A stretch of DNA of 63,679 bases, filler included, from Choristocarpus tenellus KU-1152 (taxonomy: Eukaryota > Protista > Phaeophyceae), in assembly GCA_964200185.2 (NCBI GenBank). It is 12 parts of 12 records of this genome, joined end to end, with 100 filler letters (N's around TTAATTAATTAA, not from the genome) between each part and the next. Parts side by side here need not be neighbours in the genome. Positions count along the whole stretch, not along the records: positions 35,845 to 38,603 come from CAXNAD020024985.1; positions 38,704 to 45,113 come from CAXNAD020008194.1; positions 45,214 to 47,946 come from CAXNAD020025223.1; positions 48,047 to 57,302 come from CAXNAD020003838.1; 8 more parts are not named here. One strand, 5' to 3'. This document shows positions 36,609 through 50,280 of this stretch, piece after piece. A program made the position numbers and the translations under genes. The notes beneath the pieces were generated by a model. That model saw nothing but the letters and a program-made list of their open reading frames with translations, was not told where the DNA came from and did not search any database. The stretch's first letter is position 1. Every line of letters starts with the position of its first letter.

Positions 36609-39010
36609 CTGCAGTGTAGTGCTCCTCCCTGACTGGGATTTCGGACTGGGAAGCCTATGTGCCAGCCTCAGATTGTTTATCTTTGTGAGGGAGCGTTTTT
36701 GTAGACGTTGGAGTGTTGATGTCCAAGGTATTTAGTGCAGACAGACTCGACAGCGACCCTTATGCATCAGAGGCAACGGGATAGGGTAGTGGCAGGAAGA
36801 ATGCAGAAGTGAGATCTTCATTTCTTGGCATTTCAAAACTTGTATAGAATGAATTCATGGCTCTGTGCGCCAATTTGTATCACCTGTTCCAGGGACTAGC
36901 TTTGTTTAGAAGAAGCATTCAATGCACACATTTCATATGTGTTGTGAAGTTTTGTATATGGTGGAGTTGGTGTATTGACCTTGATTGTACCACAGGCTAT
37001 GGGTGTCGTACAGTGATAGTACCCTTCCTTTCACGTTAACTTGAAATGGCTGCTGAAGATCCTGTATGAACTGGGAGCACACACTTGCTGCTTTGCCTCC
37101 TCTATGATGATGATGAGTTCTCTTCTTGTATAGAAAATGACAGACGGCACTCTTGTTTTGGGTTTGTATGTGGCATGTTTCCATTTGTTGTGGGATGTTA
37201 TAATATCACTGAAGTACTTGGTATCAAGTGTTTTCTATGTATTGCTGGCCTTTCTGACCTTGACTGCAGTTGTGGCCGACCATCACGCCTCAACAGTGTT
37301 GGTTACTCCGGCACAGTGTTGTGCAAGTTTGTTTTTGAGCAACGGAAAGACAAAAGTGGTGTCTCCTTCGATGATTTCTATCCCTTGCCTTTGTCAGGGT
37401 TCCTGATAACTGGACACTGCTATCGACTGTGGAGGGTTGTACGTGAATTATGAACCGTAATTTAGGAGGGACTTTGAGTAGTATTTCAACTTGGAGATCG
37501 ATCCTTGCGTTGAGGTTGTTGTGCATCTGGATTCTTGATACTGAAGCCTTATCAATTTCATGCATTGTATTCAAACCGAACCTACGTTTTATTACCATCG
37601 CTGCAACAAAGATAATATTATGCGTTCCACCAGTGGTGTTTATTCCCCGCCTCCTTGTCTGCTGCAAACTCTGGTTGTGGAGTCTGTCCTCAACCTACTA
37701 CTACTACGTTTTGTTGCATATATGAGTGCTTGCAGGTCATCAAGATTGGTTGCTCATAGTCTATCACCTTGCCATATATATAAAAACACTATACTTTGTA
37801 GGTTTTGGAAGATATAGGATGGATGCAGCCTAAATTATCAGTATGACTTTTAGTGCATGTTATGATTTCTTTACTGACTTCACAGATAATTCCACATTAA
37901 ATTTTATTGAAGATGTTGGATGTTCGTGCCATAGGTTAGTATGGAGTATGACTTTAATTATTTTCTCATCTCAGATAGAATCAGATGCAGATATCGAAGA
38001 CAGCGGGTGTGGTTTGCTCTATGTAGCTGTGGTTGGAAGCTTGATTGATCATAAATTCTGGCAGACGAGCACAACAACAAGAACACCTCTCCAATTGTTC
38101 TCAAATGCGCAAGACAAGGGATGTTCACTCCCTCAAAACCATGTCTGAATGATCTAGATTAGCTTTTGGGGGGTCGGCCTCCTTGTCAGAAAGATAAACC
38201 CTCTAGCCTTTTTAAATGTAACTTATAAATGGCGATGATACATGTATCCATCATTACTCATCAAAACTTCACCTCCTCCACAAATGACGGTCCTACTTCC
38301 TCCATATTATTTTATTATAGTACTACCACATGATGCTTCGAAGTATATATTTGCTTTGAAATAAGAACTTTAAAGTGGGAGGCGCTTGGTGTAACATGTA
38401 TGTAGGTATTGTTGAGATCATGGTAGAGCATCAATTTTAGCAACCACTCAGTACCTAGTCGTACATGTATAATAAGCAAATCAAACTGTTAATCGTTCAA
38501 AAGCAGTTTGTAGACACACTCATCAGGCAGTCCTTGGGAGAAAGCCATCTACACACACCACATAATGAAATAGAGGTTCTGTCAGGGACAGGACCCCTTT
38601 TGGNNNNNNNNNNNNNNNNNNNNNNNNNNNNNNNNNNNNNNNNNNNNTTAATTAATTAANNNNNNNNNNNNNNNNNNNNNNNNNNNNNNNNNNNNNNNNN
38701 NNNGGGGGGGGGGGGGAATGATGACAACTACTATGACGACGATCCCGATTACAAGAATTAGGCCATTCTTTCATTTCTTTTTCCGGGTTCGAAATATTTT
38801 TTCACTAGTTAACGAGATGCATACGGTACACATGTAATTTCTTAGTTATTTACGTCTCTATGTGAGAAGTTGTTGGAAGTTCGTAAGGAGCCCACCAGGT
38901 AAAGATCACATTAAAAAAAAATAATCCTGTGTGTACGTGTGCGCGTGCGGTGAAGTAGATTTGAGTCACTTCACCGAGATTTTTCCTGGAATTTTTTTCT
39001 CTATTCAAAA

Positions 39011-40391
39011 AACCTCCGGAGCAAAAAACGGACGATGGTGTCTGCAAGACATGCCACAGCACGGCATGCATCTCGAGGCAGAGCTCATGAACATACCGCT
39101 TTGCAAGCCACCCTCGACCACCTTCAGTACCAGGGTGTTACTGCAGCTACAGGCGTTAACATCGGAGGCGAGAACCGGTGTCGCAGGAGAGTCTGTCCTT
39201 ACTGTACGGATTCCTCTGATAAAAAATAAAAAAAAGGGACCCTCTCGCACCCTGCGGCATGCAGTCCTAAAGAGCCAGTGCAGTGCATTGCACTGCAAAA
39301 AGCACTGCGCACCCTGGAAAGGGGTAGGACGACGCCTTACAAAATCCATCTCGGTGCCCTCTCAGAATCTCAGAGGGGCACGGCTTGGGGAGGCTCAGGC
39401 GCTGATTTCGGTTGATTGCCCTTCCTGTCAAACCTAATGCGATTTTATTTCTTGTGTGTGTGTGTGTGTTCAACCAGACCGCACACACTTGCTGGTACAG
39501 GAAGTGTCATTTTTTTTTCTATTTTTTCCAAGCACACCCTTTTTTTTTTTAGGCTCTTATGGGGTTGTCTCAGCCATAACTGGAGGAAGGCATCCAAAAT
39601 ATCAAAAGTCGGATATCCGGGCTGTTGTTGAGCGCTGGAATTGCACCTTTCACCAGGGTGTTGAAGGAGAGTAGGGTGAAGACCAGGCAGCGAGGTGGGA
39701 CAGATAACAAGCCAAAATCTATTTTAGTGGGCGGAGGATGTCATTTGAAATGTACCGGAGCGTCAGTGAAGGGGACATCATCTGGGGGAGGCTTGGGCAT
39801 ACAGATTTCTGGGACTCCACTTCCGGGCTGTGCCATTATGAGAAAATATCAAAATGGTAATCTAGGGTTAGGATTAGGGCTATGGCTAGGGTTAGGGTCA
39901 GCCTTGAATCATGCTAGCAGGTCTTACGTAGTACCACAGAATACACAAGACAGTGCTGTATTGTGGGAAGAATATTCCTCGACATCCTCGACAGAGCCAC
40001 ATCATCCCTATTACATTTGTTACTGGTTGAAGTTTATTTACAACACCGAAGCAAATCATTGCGTTCGATTGGGCGAGCTCTCCAGATAATTTTTTTTCCG
40101 CGGCAGGAATAAAAAAAAACACAAAATTTCGCGCACCTACACACTCCGCATAGACTGCTCGTGACACAAGGAACTCTTGCCTTCTTGGTGCCTCTTGAAA
40201 CCAAAAGCAACAAGAAAAAAAAATGGAAGTAGGAACCATTTCCCCCAACCCTCATCTTGTTTCCCTTGAGCACGATACTACGTGTGTAGCCTACGGAGTG
40301 ATTCTCTGTTCCGAAACACTTTATACAAATACTTCAGCACAAAACAGCTCTTGGAAAAAAATGAGGCTCAGCACCTCAATCTTACACCATA

Positions 40392-40444
<53 letters not shown>

Positions 40445-42201
40445 GGACAAAAAAAGAAGGTAAAGGGACGGGGTATTTTTCAACTGACGTTCATATTGAC
40501 ATGAAGATGGAGCCGATCTCTGTAAAATAGTGAAAAACAGTGACCTCAATGTTGCTGCCCACGTTTGGAGCTGGAATCATGCCACAACAGCGGTGCCTTT
40601 AGAACCTCCTGATACTACAATTCCTCTAGGGTGCCACTACAAAAGTTTGTCTTAGCGGCAGTCGAAGGAGTTGCTTGATGCTGCAGGCGTGCTTGTACAT
40701 GGTGTAAAGGGTGGGAGTGAATGGGTTGGTTTAGACCCAAAATATACATGTGGCAAACACAATAGTTGGCCTATGTGTGAGTTGAGGCATGTACGGCAAG
40801 GTGCACGAAAACTAGGAAGGTAGTGCATTTTCGACACGGAAATAGAGACTCGACTATAGAATCACAATATTCCACCCACCAAACTACACTCTGAAATTAA
40901 ACAAAAAAGGAATGTCCCATACATACACATTAAAGTTGGAATAGATGTGCAAGACCAGACAACAGACCAAGGGAGGAAGAAACATTACAATACAAACATA
41001 TATTATGGTGGGCAAAGTGCTACTGTTCAGATGAATGATACTATGTGTAGTTCAGTGCTAGAAGGAACAAAAATGACACAAGACAGCTACTAAAGGTAGA
41101 GATCACACACACAGCATTTTCTGAAACAGGCAAGCACCTTAAATCTGGAGCCATGGTGACCAGGGGATGGCACAACAGCTGCAAGACCACTACACATCTC
41201 TGGCTGCCCCCTTCAGACCTCAAAAGGGGTCGCCCCTTCCCTGGATATGTGATGAACATGGGGAAATCGGTGGTGCAATCTACGGCTTCTTGTGTTGAAG
41301 GAAGCGCGTGTGTGCTGCTGTATGGACATAATCACTCAGTAAATGCAAACACTACAACGACCATATGAGAATCCTAAGGTCGACAATGCCGCAGAGCAAA
41401 TCAGTAAGGGCCAGGAGATTACAGTCATGCGAGAGCGGAGATATTGAGCCGGTGAGCGGAAGTACACACTCTATTTCATCAGACTCTGTCATTGCGGCAG
41501 GGACACCAATGTTGGTACAGTTGTATAAGGTTGTGGCAAATTAAACACTACTCACCTCCAATGGGACGAAGGATGTGTGAGGTCCAACCTGTGCCTTCCA
41601 AACAAGAGTGATCCACAGCGAATCCTCCCTCGACCCCAGCTTTTTCTAGCCATTGAGTACTCTCCTCGGGTCCCTCATCTTGGTCCTTTCCACTTGCCGC
41701 GTATAGTAGCCAACGCACCAAACGACCGAGGGGTGTGGATACATCATCAGCCTCTCCTGCAACTGCAGTAACAGCAAGCGAGAGGAGGTCTTGGACAGCA
41801 ACGAACCCAAGGAGGCTTTCAACTACGACAGTAGCTTTGCGTACTTGGCTAGAGTCCCTTGTCCTCCCAAGAAACTTGCCAAGGGAACACGCCTGTACAG
41901 AGGAAACCAACGAGTTGCCTTCTGATATATTCCTTGAGGCTGATGAATCTAGCTCCTGCACAGGTTCATCCTTGCAAGGGCGACAATGTCTAGCCCCCGT
42001 TTCGATCGCTCCTGCCCTTGATTTTGAATCATGATACGCTTGGTTGGCAAGAGCAAAACTGTCCGGAATGCGAAGGTGTATATGAAATTGACCGAGGTCC
42101 ATGGTTGGGACCAGTCTGTCTTTCAGTCTTCGTAGCTTGGATATTGGGGGCTCGAATCCACTGTAGAGGGCGAAAGAGAGACCTAGAACAGGAGGTTCCA
42201 T
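39011..42201 (-). CDS. Uncharacterised multi-exon protein, tentatively a PUS10-like N-terminal region
   Basis: A 217-aa first exon (42201-41556) ends at a GTGAGT donor. Phase-compatible candidate exons lie at about 41240-41138 and 39215-39011. The blocks FHIHLRIP, LGRLVRWLL and VVLQLLCHP loosely recall the PUS10 N-terminus, but no catalytic motif is seen. Confidence 0.45.
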
Positions 42202-42467
42202 GATCTTGGCAGTTTCAATGGAGATGTATCAAGTCGTGTAGGGGAGGGGAGATGGTCAAAGGAAGTGTGAAGTACTATTCAAAATCTCAAAAGAGAGTGA
42301 GCCAAGGCGCGCGCGGACTTGTGGTCAGTGTTATTGATACGATACGATCGTATCATGACTTCATCTATAAAGGTCCTTTGTTGTGTGTTCCTGTCGTTTT
42401 CTGGTAAACTTCAGGGTTTTCAAGAGGACATTTGGAGGACACAGGCGAGGAATCTTTGCCCCCAGCT
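42202..42467. promoter_or_regulatory. Candidate bidirectional promoter (266 bp between divergent start codons)
   Basis: Divergent ATGs at 42201 (-) and 42468 (+), with a central GGCGCGCGCGG element at about 42306-42316. Confidence 0.5.
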
Positions 42468-44975
42468 ATGGCGAAAGGAAAGGGAGAGAAGAAGGGAGGG
42501 ACTGGAGCGGCTATGGAAGAGCAGGAACAGAAGCTCCAGGCCATTCTCTTGGCCGACTCTTTCAACACTAACTTCAGACCCATCAGCATCGATATTCCCA
42601 AGGCGCGTCTTGCGTGTCCCCTCTCGCAGGAAGGAAGTCTCAAATCTATGATGGGTCTATGTCGTCGACTCTGTCAAACATTTCTTTCGTTGTGATTGCC
42701 TACGATCATGTTTGAAGCCCTACAAATGCCTGTCCACATGCTGTACCGTCAGTGCTTAGTGTACGCTTATCACGATCTCATCATTATTTAACCCCCTGTA
42801 TAGGTATTGTGTCCGCTAGTGAACGTGCCCATGATCGACTACACTCTCGAGTTTCTTGCCCGCAATGGTGTGGAGGAGCTGTTCGTTTTCTGCGTAAACC
42901 ACGCCAAGCAGTTAAAGCACTACCTGGACTCCTCGAAGTGGGGGTCGCGCATGGAGGTGCACATATCGTTGTCATATAACGCAGCTGTTCTGTCCTGACC
43001 GTAGAAAGGGGGTAGGTTAGGATTGTGTTGCCAATTACAGAAACGCAAGGCGAGATATGAGGAGTTTTGATGTCTGAATGGTAAGTGAAGGAATGAGACT
43101 GCTAGGTCCTCTTTCGGTCAGTCATTGGTAGATGGACCGGCATTCTACACACGTAGCTGAAAATACAGGCTAGCATGCATGTTGACATCCTATATTGTTT
43201 TTGTTCTTGAGGTAAAGGTTGTGCGTGCGCAATAGGATAGGGTTTGTGACCATTTTGCGCTCTCTGACTTTTGATTGTACTCGAATGCCCCACACTTCAC
43301 ATCTCCCCTCAGATTCGCTACATCACATCCAACAACTGTCTCAGTGCCGGTGATGCTCTCCGAGAAGTGGACCAGATGGGGAAAGTGCGGTCGGATCCTT
43401 TCGTGCTGGTGACTGGGGATGTGGTTGCCAACATTGACCTCAAGTCCATCATCAAAGAGGTGAACTTCGACACCACTGTTATGTGTTGCTTTTTGCAAAT
43501 TTGAAAGTTGGAGTATAGAGTGGTCTAGCCCATCTCTCTGGTAGGTTTATTTGGTAATTGTCTCACATGCAGTGAAATAGGTGGTTAGATACCTCGTAAG
43601 AGTATTGTTGACCTGGGACTGGAGAGGAATCGAATTGTTTCTGGCGTTTGCTACGACCATTTCCATCCATCACAAGCTTAAAAAATGGTCCTTATCCAAG
43701 ATCTACCGGTCAATGTTGTCTAGGACTATGATCCCACAAATATTTCAAGAATATCAATGCTGCTATTTGTGAAATGCTTCTTAACTGTTTATATTTATTT
43801 CTCATGTCGCCATCCTCTTGTTGTGATGCATGTCCTTTGAAGTACAAAAGCTTTTCCCCCCCCTGCCCTTCCCCCCTCTGTTCTTTGCTTGTTTGTGCAG
43901 CATAAGGAAAAGAAGAAGCAGGATCCCCTCACACTAATGACCATGTGCTTCAAAGAGGTGGGGGCTATTTCGAGTGTGAGGCCTATCCTGGACAATCTTG
44001 TGGTCGGCTTGGACAAGGCAAGGGATCAAGGATGATAATAAAGGGTATTTATGTGTGTGTGTGTGTTGCTTTCATTTAATGATAATGAACCGTCTGCACT
44101 GGCTCCCTGTTTGATGAATCACCCCCTTAAACATACATATATATATATACATAGTATGTATATGTGAGAATTGTAGTCGGGGCAAACATTAGGGTTAGGG
44201 TTGTGTACGTAGCACAACAGGTGTGCATAGACCGTTTTATCTTGGTCTTGGTTTCAAGCAGTGCAGCCATTGTTTCACAGCTTCAGCCTCAGTTCCTTCC
44301 TATGCATCTATCACTGTGGAGTCATTACATGACAACTCCACCATACATGAAGGTTTTTTATCGCTCTGCTTGTTTCTCGATCGATTGGCGTGAAATACAC
44401 CACGAAGCCTTTTGATCTCGAAATTGCCTCTTGACGTCTTCCGCTTCAAATATATGTTAAGTTTTTTTGTTGTTGTTCGCATTGCGCCCTCCCCCCGCTG
44501 CACGATCAAAACCCCCCATCGCTCCAAGTGTGTTCTGATACTTCATTTCTCACCGACTTCAAACTGCGAACGCATGAGCACCATGCGATATATAGCTTGA
44601 AGTGATTCAAAGCGGGTAGAAATAAGGATGAGGCTGGAGTTTTTGTAAATAAAAACAAAACAAAACAAAACAAAACAAAACAAAACAGATCTTCTTGTTT
44701 CGTGCTGATTTTTCCAGGCCTATTTTTATGCTTCGCCGACTATTGAGAGTTCTTTGTGCAATCACCCTAATGTATGTAAATCTAGTCTTCATTGGGTCAC
44801 ACAAACGCTTGTACCACTTCCTACACGAATCAGTTAGACCTCTATTTGGGGGGCCTGTCCCCAGTCGACATCCAACAAACCTGTGAGATGTTCCTCGCAG
44901 GCTACGTCCCAAGTGGTGCTGTTCAACAACCATATGAATGTCTCGAGGGTGCATCTTCCCAAGGTTTTCCTAGAG
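42468..44975 (+). CDS. EIF2B5: Translation initiation factor eIF2B epsilon subunit, 3'-partial
   Basis: Exons 42468-42602, 42804-42956, 43313-43459, 43901-44017 and 44901-44975 give [23 protein letters not shown]|[30 protein letters not shown]..|[28 protein letters not shown]..|[15 protein letters not shown]. Confidence 0.96.
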
Positions 44976-45011
44976 GTGAGGTGTGAACACTACGGTTTAG
45001 TGTTCTGCACT

Positions 45012-45044
<33 letters not shown>

Positions 45045-45974
45045 GTGTTGCTTGTTTGTTCTACATTTAAAAAACTTTTTTTAAAGTTTTTTTTGTTGTT
45101 GCTGTTGCTTTTTNNNNNNNNNNNNNNNNNNNNNNNNNNNNNNNNNNNNNNNNNNNNTTAATTAATTAANNNNNNNNNNNNNNNNNNNNNNNNNNNNNNN
45201 NNNNNNNNNNNNNCATATATCTCTTGCTCATATAGGATTGGTCGATGGGGGGGGGGAGGTTGCTGGTTTGAAGTGTGGAAACTGATAAGTTTCTAGAAGG
45301 GAGGGGGGGGAATGGGAGCGTTGAGGAATGGTTAAGATGAGATGATCTATCTGTTTGTGTTGATGTGTGTGAGATGGTGATGCCACCAGAAGTGGGTATC
45401 GCCCTGGTCCCTTCAGTTGATGTTGTTGCATTGTTGTGATCTCTTCTTACTTCTCCCAAGTACACACACGTCCACACGCACACATTAGGATGCATCCCAT
45501 GTGTGCTCAGTGACTAAATGCTATGTTTTGTTTGGACCTCTATTGCATGGTGGTTCCTTGCTGGCAGAATGGGCTACTTGTATGGGAGCTTCGAGGAGGA
45601 CAACAAGGTATGGATCGAGTTGGGTACGCAAGATGCTAGGGTTGATGTCAGACGATGGTCGGGTTCGGGTCATTGGTGGTGTGTTGAGATTTAATTTCAA
45701 TCAACCTTTTGATGGTTCTGCCTTATCTTATTGGGGCCTGTGTGAAGCGAGAATGTGTTTGGCTTCAATCCCCTTTCCTGCTATCCAAGTATATTTGTTT
45801 GTTAAGAGCTTGCCCTGAGACAAACGCCTCTGGCACCCCCAATACAATAGGTGCATGTGGAGTGTGTGTATGAGCCCCCACAAAGCAACTTTCCGGAGGG
45901 GTTTGAGGTGCTTGAGGATCCATGTGAGGAGAAAGTGGAGGAATTGGCAAAGCTGCTCCGCCTTGAAAGGGTGA

Positions 45975-46216
45975 GAGTGAAAGTATCTTAGAGGGTACGA
46001 GTTTTGCCCTGTTTGTCCATTTGGGGGCTTGGATTCCCATGTTTTTTTTTAAGACATTTTCCTACTCCAAACTGTATACGTTATGAAAATGTGTGTCTGA
46101 ACAAGGATATTGACACTTCCTAACAAACACCATAGCCAAAATTACATCAAAATTGGAACATTAGATTTTGAACCCCAAATGGACGCAACTCTACCCTCTA
46201 GGATAGACACTGACTC
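45975..46216 (+). mobile_element. About 245-bp MITE-like unit, solo copy 3
   Basis: GAGTGAAAGTATCTTAGAGGGTA...TACCCTCTAGGATAGACACTGACTC. The internal GTTTTGCCCTGTTTGTC and CAAGGATATTGACACTT segments are shared with 9100-9353. Confidence 0.85.
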
Positions 46217-47441
46217 GGAGGTAGTTTGGGTGTTTGGTGAGAGGGTAGGGAGAGGATTAGGGTGCTGCAATGGTCTCTCTGCGTGTGTGTGTGTGTGTGT
46301 ATGTGTACTTGATCTAAGTCCTGATGATGGTTGGATGTTGTTTGGATTTTGTGAGTCACTGGTTTGTGGAAGGTTTTTATTATCTGCATGTTTTCTGGAT
46401 GTTGTGGGAGAAGGAAGTGATTTCCATGTGTCCAATTGCTGAGAAGCGATATGTCCGGAGGTTAGAGTTGAGTTCCTGCAATGCGCAGGCTGGTGCCCTG
46501 TGTAGCTCACCTCTACTCGTCATTGCCGGGGGGGCTTGTGTGAAATATGAGTTTTCATTTCGTTTCATTTCATGATGGTTTAAATGGAAGTACTGTGGGT
46601 AGTTGTGGTTGAAGTTGGTGTGATGCGAAGGTTTTTTTCTTATTTATTTATTTATTTATTTGTCTTACATTAGGTTAAAACTAGAGTTAGGGTTGGCTTG
46701 TTATATAGGAAGTCTATTGATGTGTCCTGGAGTGGCGCAATGTGATGCACAGGCTTGTATGTATGTGGGATTCCCGGGAAGGGCAGAGGTTGCCATGGGG
46801 AGTTGTCAGTGCCTTAACTTTGTCCTCTGGTGTGTTGGTCGCATTGGTTGGAAGAAATTGACTTATGTTGCGATATAGTGGTGTAAGGGACTCTTGGGCT
46901 CCCGTGTATTCGTGGGGGTTGAACAGGTGTGAACTGACTGCAGCAGATTTCCCCCTCACCAGTGAGCCCTGTGGGTGGGGGGAGGTCATGTACAATGCCG
47001 CTGTTGTTTTGTAGGAGATTTAGATTTAGAAAGGCCGCACTAAGCAAGAAATGTATTGCTGGGAAGTACTTTATTTGAAGGAGTACAAATAGTACCTGTT
47101 TGTGTTGTATCACGAGTTGCTTGAGTTTTACAAGGAGGATTTTTTGAGAGTGGGTTGGTTGTACATCCAAATACCTTTCTAGAGTTGGCGGTGGCATATG
47201 AAGGGTTGGATTACATCGGCAGTTGTCCGGTGGAGTGGTTGATGCGCTAGAGTCAAGTAAGAGCTGGGTAGAGTGCACCTTGGACTAGTTAGGGTTGCAG
47301 CCGAGTGTGGGGAGGATCGATGTTGTCATCGTTATTTTTATTATTGTTACTATTTTATTTTTTTATTATTACTGTTTGCTCTGTTCTTGTTCTTTTGTTT
47401 TTGCGAAGTGACTGTTGAGCAGAAGGTTGGGAAAGGTGGAA

Positions 47442-47492
<51 letters not shown>

Positions 47493-48439
47493 CTGATAAT
47501 CATCACTGTTTCACCCTTGGTAGTCAACTGATTCAACACAACAGCAACATTCCCTTCTGATGAGATTATATAGTGATTGTCAGCATTGGCAAATATAATG
47601 CCGGAGAGGTTAAAGTGTTGGAGTAACAGCAGACTCAGCGATAAACGCCTCCTCCAGATACCTATTTAAGTTGTACCGATCGGTGTACTCTTGCATTGCA
47701 TGTCTGTCAAAGAAATAAGAAAATAAGGATGTAGAGGAGAGTGGGCTCACTAGGCAATGAACAGTATCCTATCATAAGCAATGCAACACAGAGCACCCGA
47801 GAAATGGATGCCGCTGATTTTTGACTATCTGGTGGTACACCTTTTTAGAGCACGTGGTACCCCCCGCAGCGTCTATATTTAGTGGTACACCTTTTTAGTG
47901 CATTTTGACTTTTTGGGGGAGTACGCTCAGTTTGTGGGAGAAGCGANNNNNNNNNNNNNNNNNNNNNNNNNNNNNNNNNNNNNNNNNNNNTTAATTAATT
48001 AANNNNNNNNNNNNNNNNNNNNNNNNNNNNNNNNNNNNNNNNNNNNCACATTCTTATCCTGTGCCCTCAGCCAATCAGAATTCTTCCGCCCACAAAACTC
48101 AGTTTACTTCATAAACTCTCACCTTCATTAAGAAACTAAGAGATTCGTTCGAACGCAATATCGTAAAAGAAAAGATAGAATCCGAATTTGGAAAAAAAAA
48201 TCAAGAGATTTTTAATAAGATTATTATTTACATTCTTTATATTCAACTTGTGAGAAGTACGTAAGTTGTAGACTTTATCGACATTCATTTTAATTTTTGA
48301 TGTTCCTCATGAAGAATAAAAAATAACATTTGAATTGGTGTGTTGTTGAAAATTTGAACAGTCATAATAATCTATTGTTAGAGCATAGTCTATGACTTAC
48401 AGAAACTCGTGTGAATTTTTCTATATTTTTATGTTTGAC

Positions 48440-48810
48440 TACCAACTATGCTACACCACTCCCTTCCTATGCCTCCAACCTAGCTGCTTAGTCCTACACC
48501 ACAGGGCGAGGATCTAGGTAAGCACTCAACAATCTGACAGTCTTTTTTTCCTTGCCCATCTCCCTGGTGACTCCAGGTTAAAACGCATGACACGTCTTTA
48601 TAGAGCCACTTGTGTTGTGACAGACACTATATGTCGTAAACGGGATTTGACAGCTCCTTTCCTACTGTAGCCTCCCACTCCTCTCCCCCCACCAACCGCA
48701 TAATATGTAGCCAACTCATCTCGAAAACTCTCTACTTGCTCCCCGAAGTGCCCAAAACTTTTAGTCATGAGGGTGTTGAGGTTATAACTAGGAGGGTCAA
48801 AATAACCTTA
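48440..48810 (-). mobile_element. CRE-like retrotransposon 3'-end fragment
   Basis: High similarity to 18410-18775. Confidence 0.85.
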
Positions 48811-49471
48811 GTATATATATTATTATGATGACCTCTGAAATCTTGCAGATGTGTCTTTGGAAAAAACAATGAAAACTATTCACACGTCAGAAAAATCCCT
48901 AAAATAGTAACAGTTGTAGTAAAATGTGAAAGGCATCAATCTACTTACTATTTTACTACTACCTCTTTTGTTACCACTGCCTTCCTGTGCCTCCAACCTA
49001 GCATAGTCCTGTATCCCAGGGTGAGAAGGTAGGGAAGCATCCCAAGGATCTAACAAGCCATTCCTTGCCCATCTTCCTCATCATGTCTCCAGCTTAAAAC
49101 TCATGATACTTCGAGATAGTGCTACTTGCGTTGTGACTGAGACTATCTGGTGTAGACAGGAATTGACCACCCCTTTTCTGTTGTATCCTCCTTGCCCCTC
49201 TCCCTCCTACCATGTGCGTAGCTAGCTCATCCTGAAAACTTTCCGCTTGCTTACAGAAGCGCCCAAAACTTTCCACCATGAAGGTGTTGAGGTTATAAGT
49301 ACGGGAGTCAAAAGTTCCCTTGTAGTGGGTGCGCTTTACGCCTCTGCTGCAGCAGCAGTTATACACCATTGCTAGTGGGTGAGTGAGGTAGATGGGAGGC
49401 CGCTTGCACTTCTGCAAACAAAACATCAAGGAGCCTTCGTCTCGGTAGGGACGTGATCAGGCATCCACAAA
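48811..49471 (-). mobile_element. CRE-like retrotransposon 3' part (RLE + 3' UTR), interrupted at 49471
   Basis: KRTHYKGTFDSRTYNLNTFMVESFGRF, homologous to 18263-18921. It appears to resume at 53046. Confidence 0.85.
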
Positions 49472-50035
49472 AAGTGTTACAGGCAATATGTCTTGGTGGC
49501 GTTTCATAAACACCATTATGACCTTGAAGTCCTAGATTTGATGTATTTCTTGACTATTTATTTATTTAGTTATTATCATACCCCCACATGGTACACCATT
49601 GCCAGTTCCTTTTACGTGGTGATATTGACGATACTTACGAAGGGAATAGTCCAAGTGAGAGATCCGGCATATTTGACGACTTGTCCATCAGGAGTCCTAT
49701 ACGTGCATCAGCTTCATCTATTGCCCTGTAGACTGGAGCTATACATCCTGTGGGAGTAAGCTTCTGGAGTGTGCTGTAACATGGAGGTCCTACCTTGTCT
49801 CTTCAAACTGTAGAGAAAGCATACTGCATGGAATTGTTGTCAGCTCCCTGGAATGTTATCCTTTGCTGCTTGTTTAAGTTATTCCTTGTTGCAATCATTG
49901 CTTTCAGGTACAGAAGTAATCAGCAGTTTGATCAGTCACAATTCAATCACAGGTGGCTAAGGGAGCACAAGGTGTGTGTCTGTGACCCGCAGATACCTAT
50001 GTCAAGAAGTCTTTGACAAAGGAGAATCGACACTT

Positions 50036-50280
50036 GAGTCAAAGTATCTTAGAGGGTAGGGCCGCGTCCATTCGGGGGCCGAAATCCAATTTTGCGATTT
50101 CCATGTAATTTGTTAGGAAGTGTCAGTATCCTTGTTCCGGACACACCATTTCATAACATATACATATTACCTACTCCGAAACATTTCTGAGTAGGAAAAA
50201 TATCACAAAACCCCCATGGGAAGCCAAGCCCCAAATGGACAAACAGGGCAAAACTGGTACCCTCTGAGATACTTTCACTC
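50036..50280 (-). mobile_element. About 245-bp MITE-like unit, solo copy 4, with apparent 4-bp TSD (ACTT)
   Basis: 23-bp terminal inverted repeats with 2 mismatches (GAGTCAAAGTATCTTAGAGGGTA / TACCCTCTGAGATACTTTCACTC). ACTT lies at 50032-50035 and 50281-50284. Confidence 0.88.

Noticed and set aside
45214-47946. Several 100-150-aa ORFs in this contig
   Set aside because: No recognisable domain or consistent splice pattern. Probably intronic or intergenic sequence, or a heavily decayed repeat.
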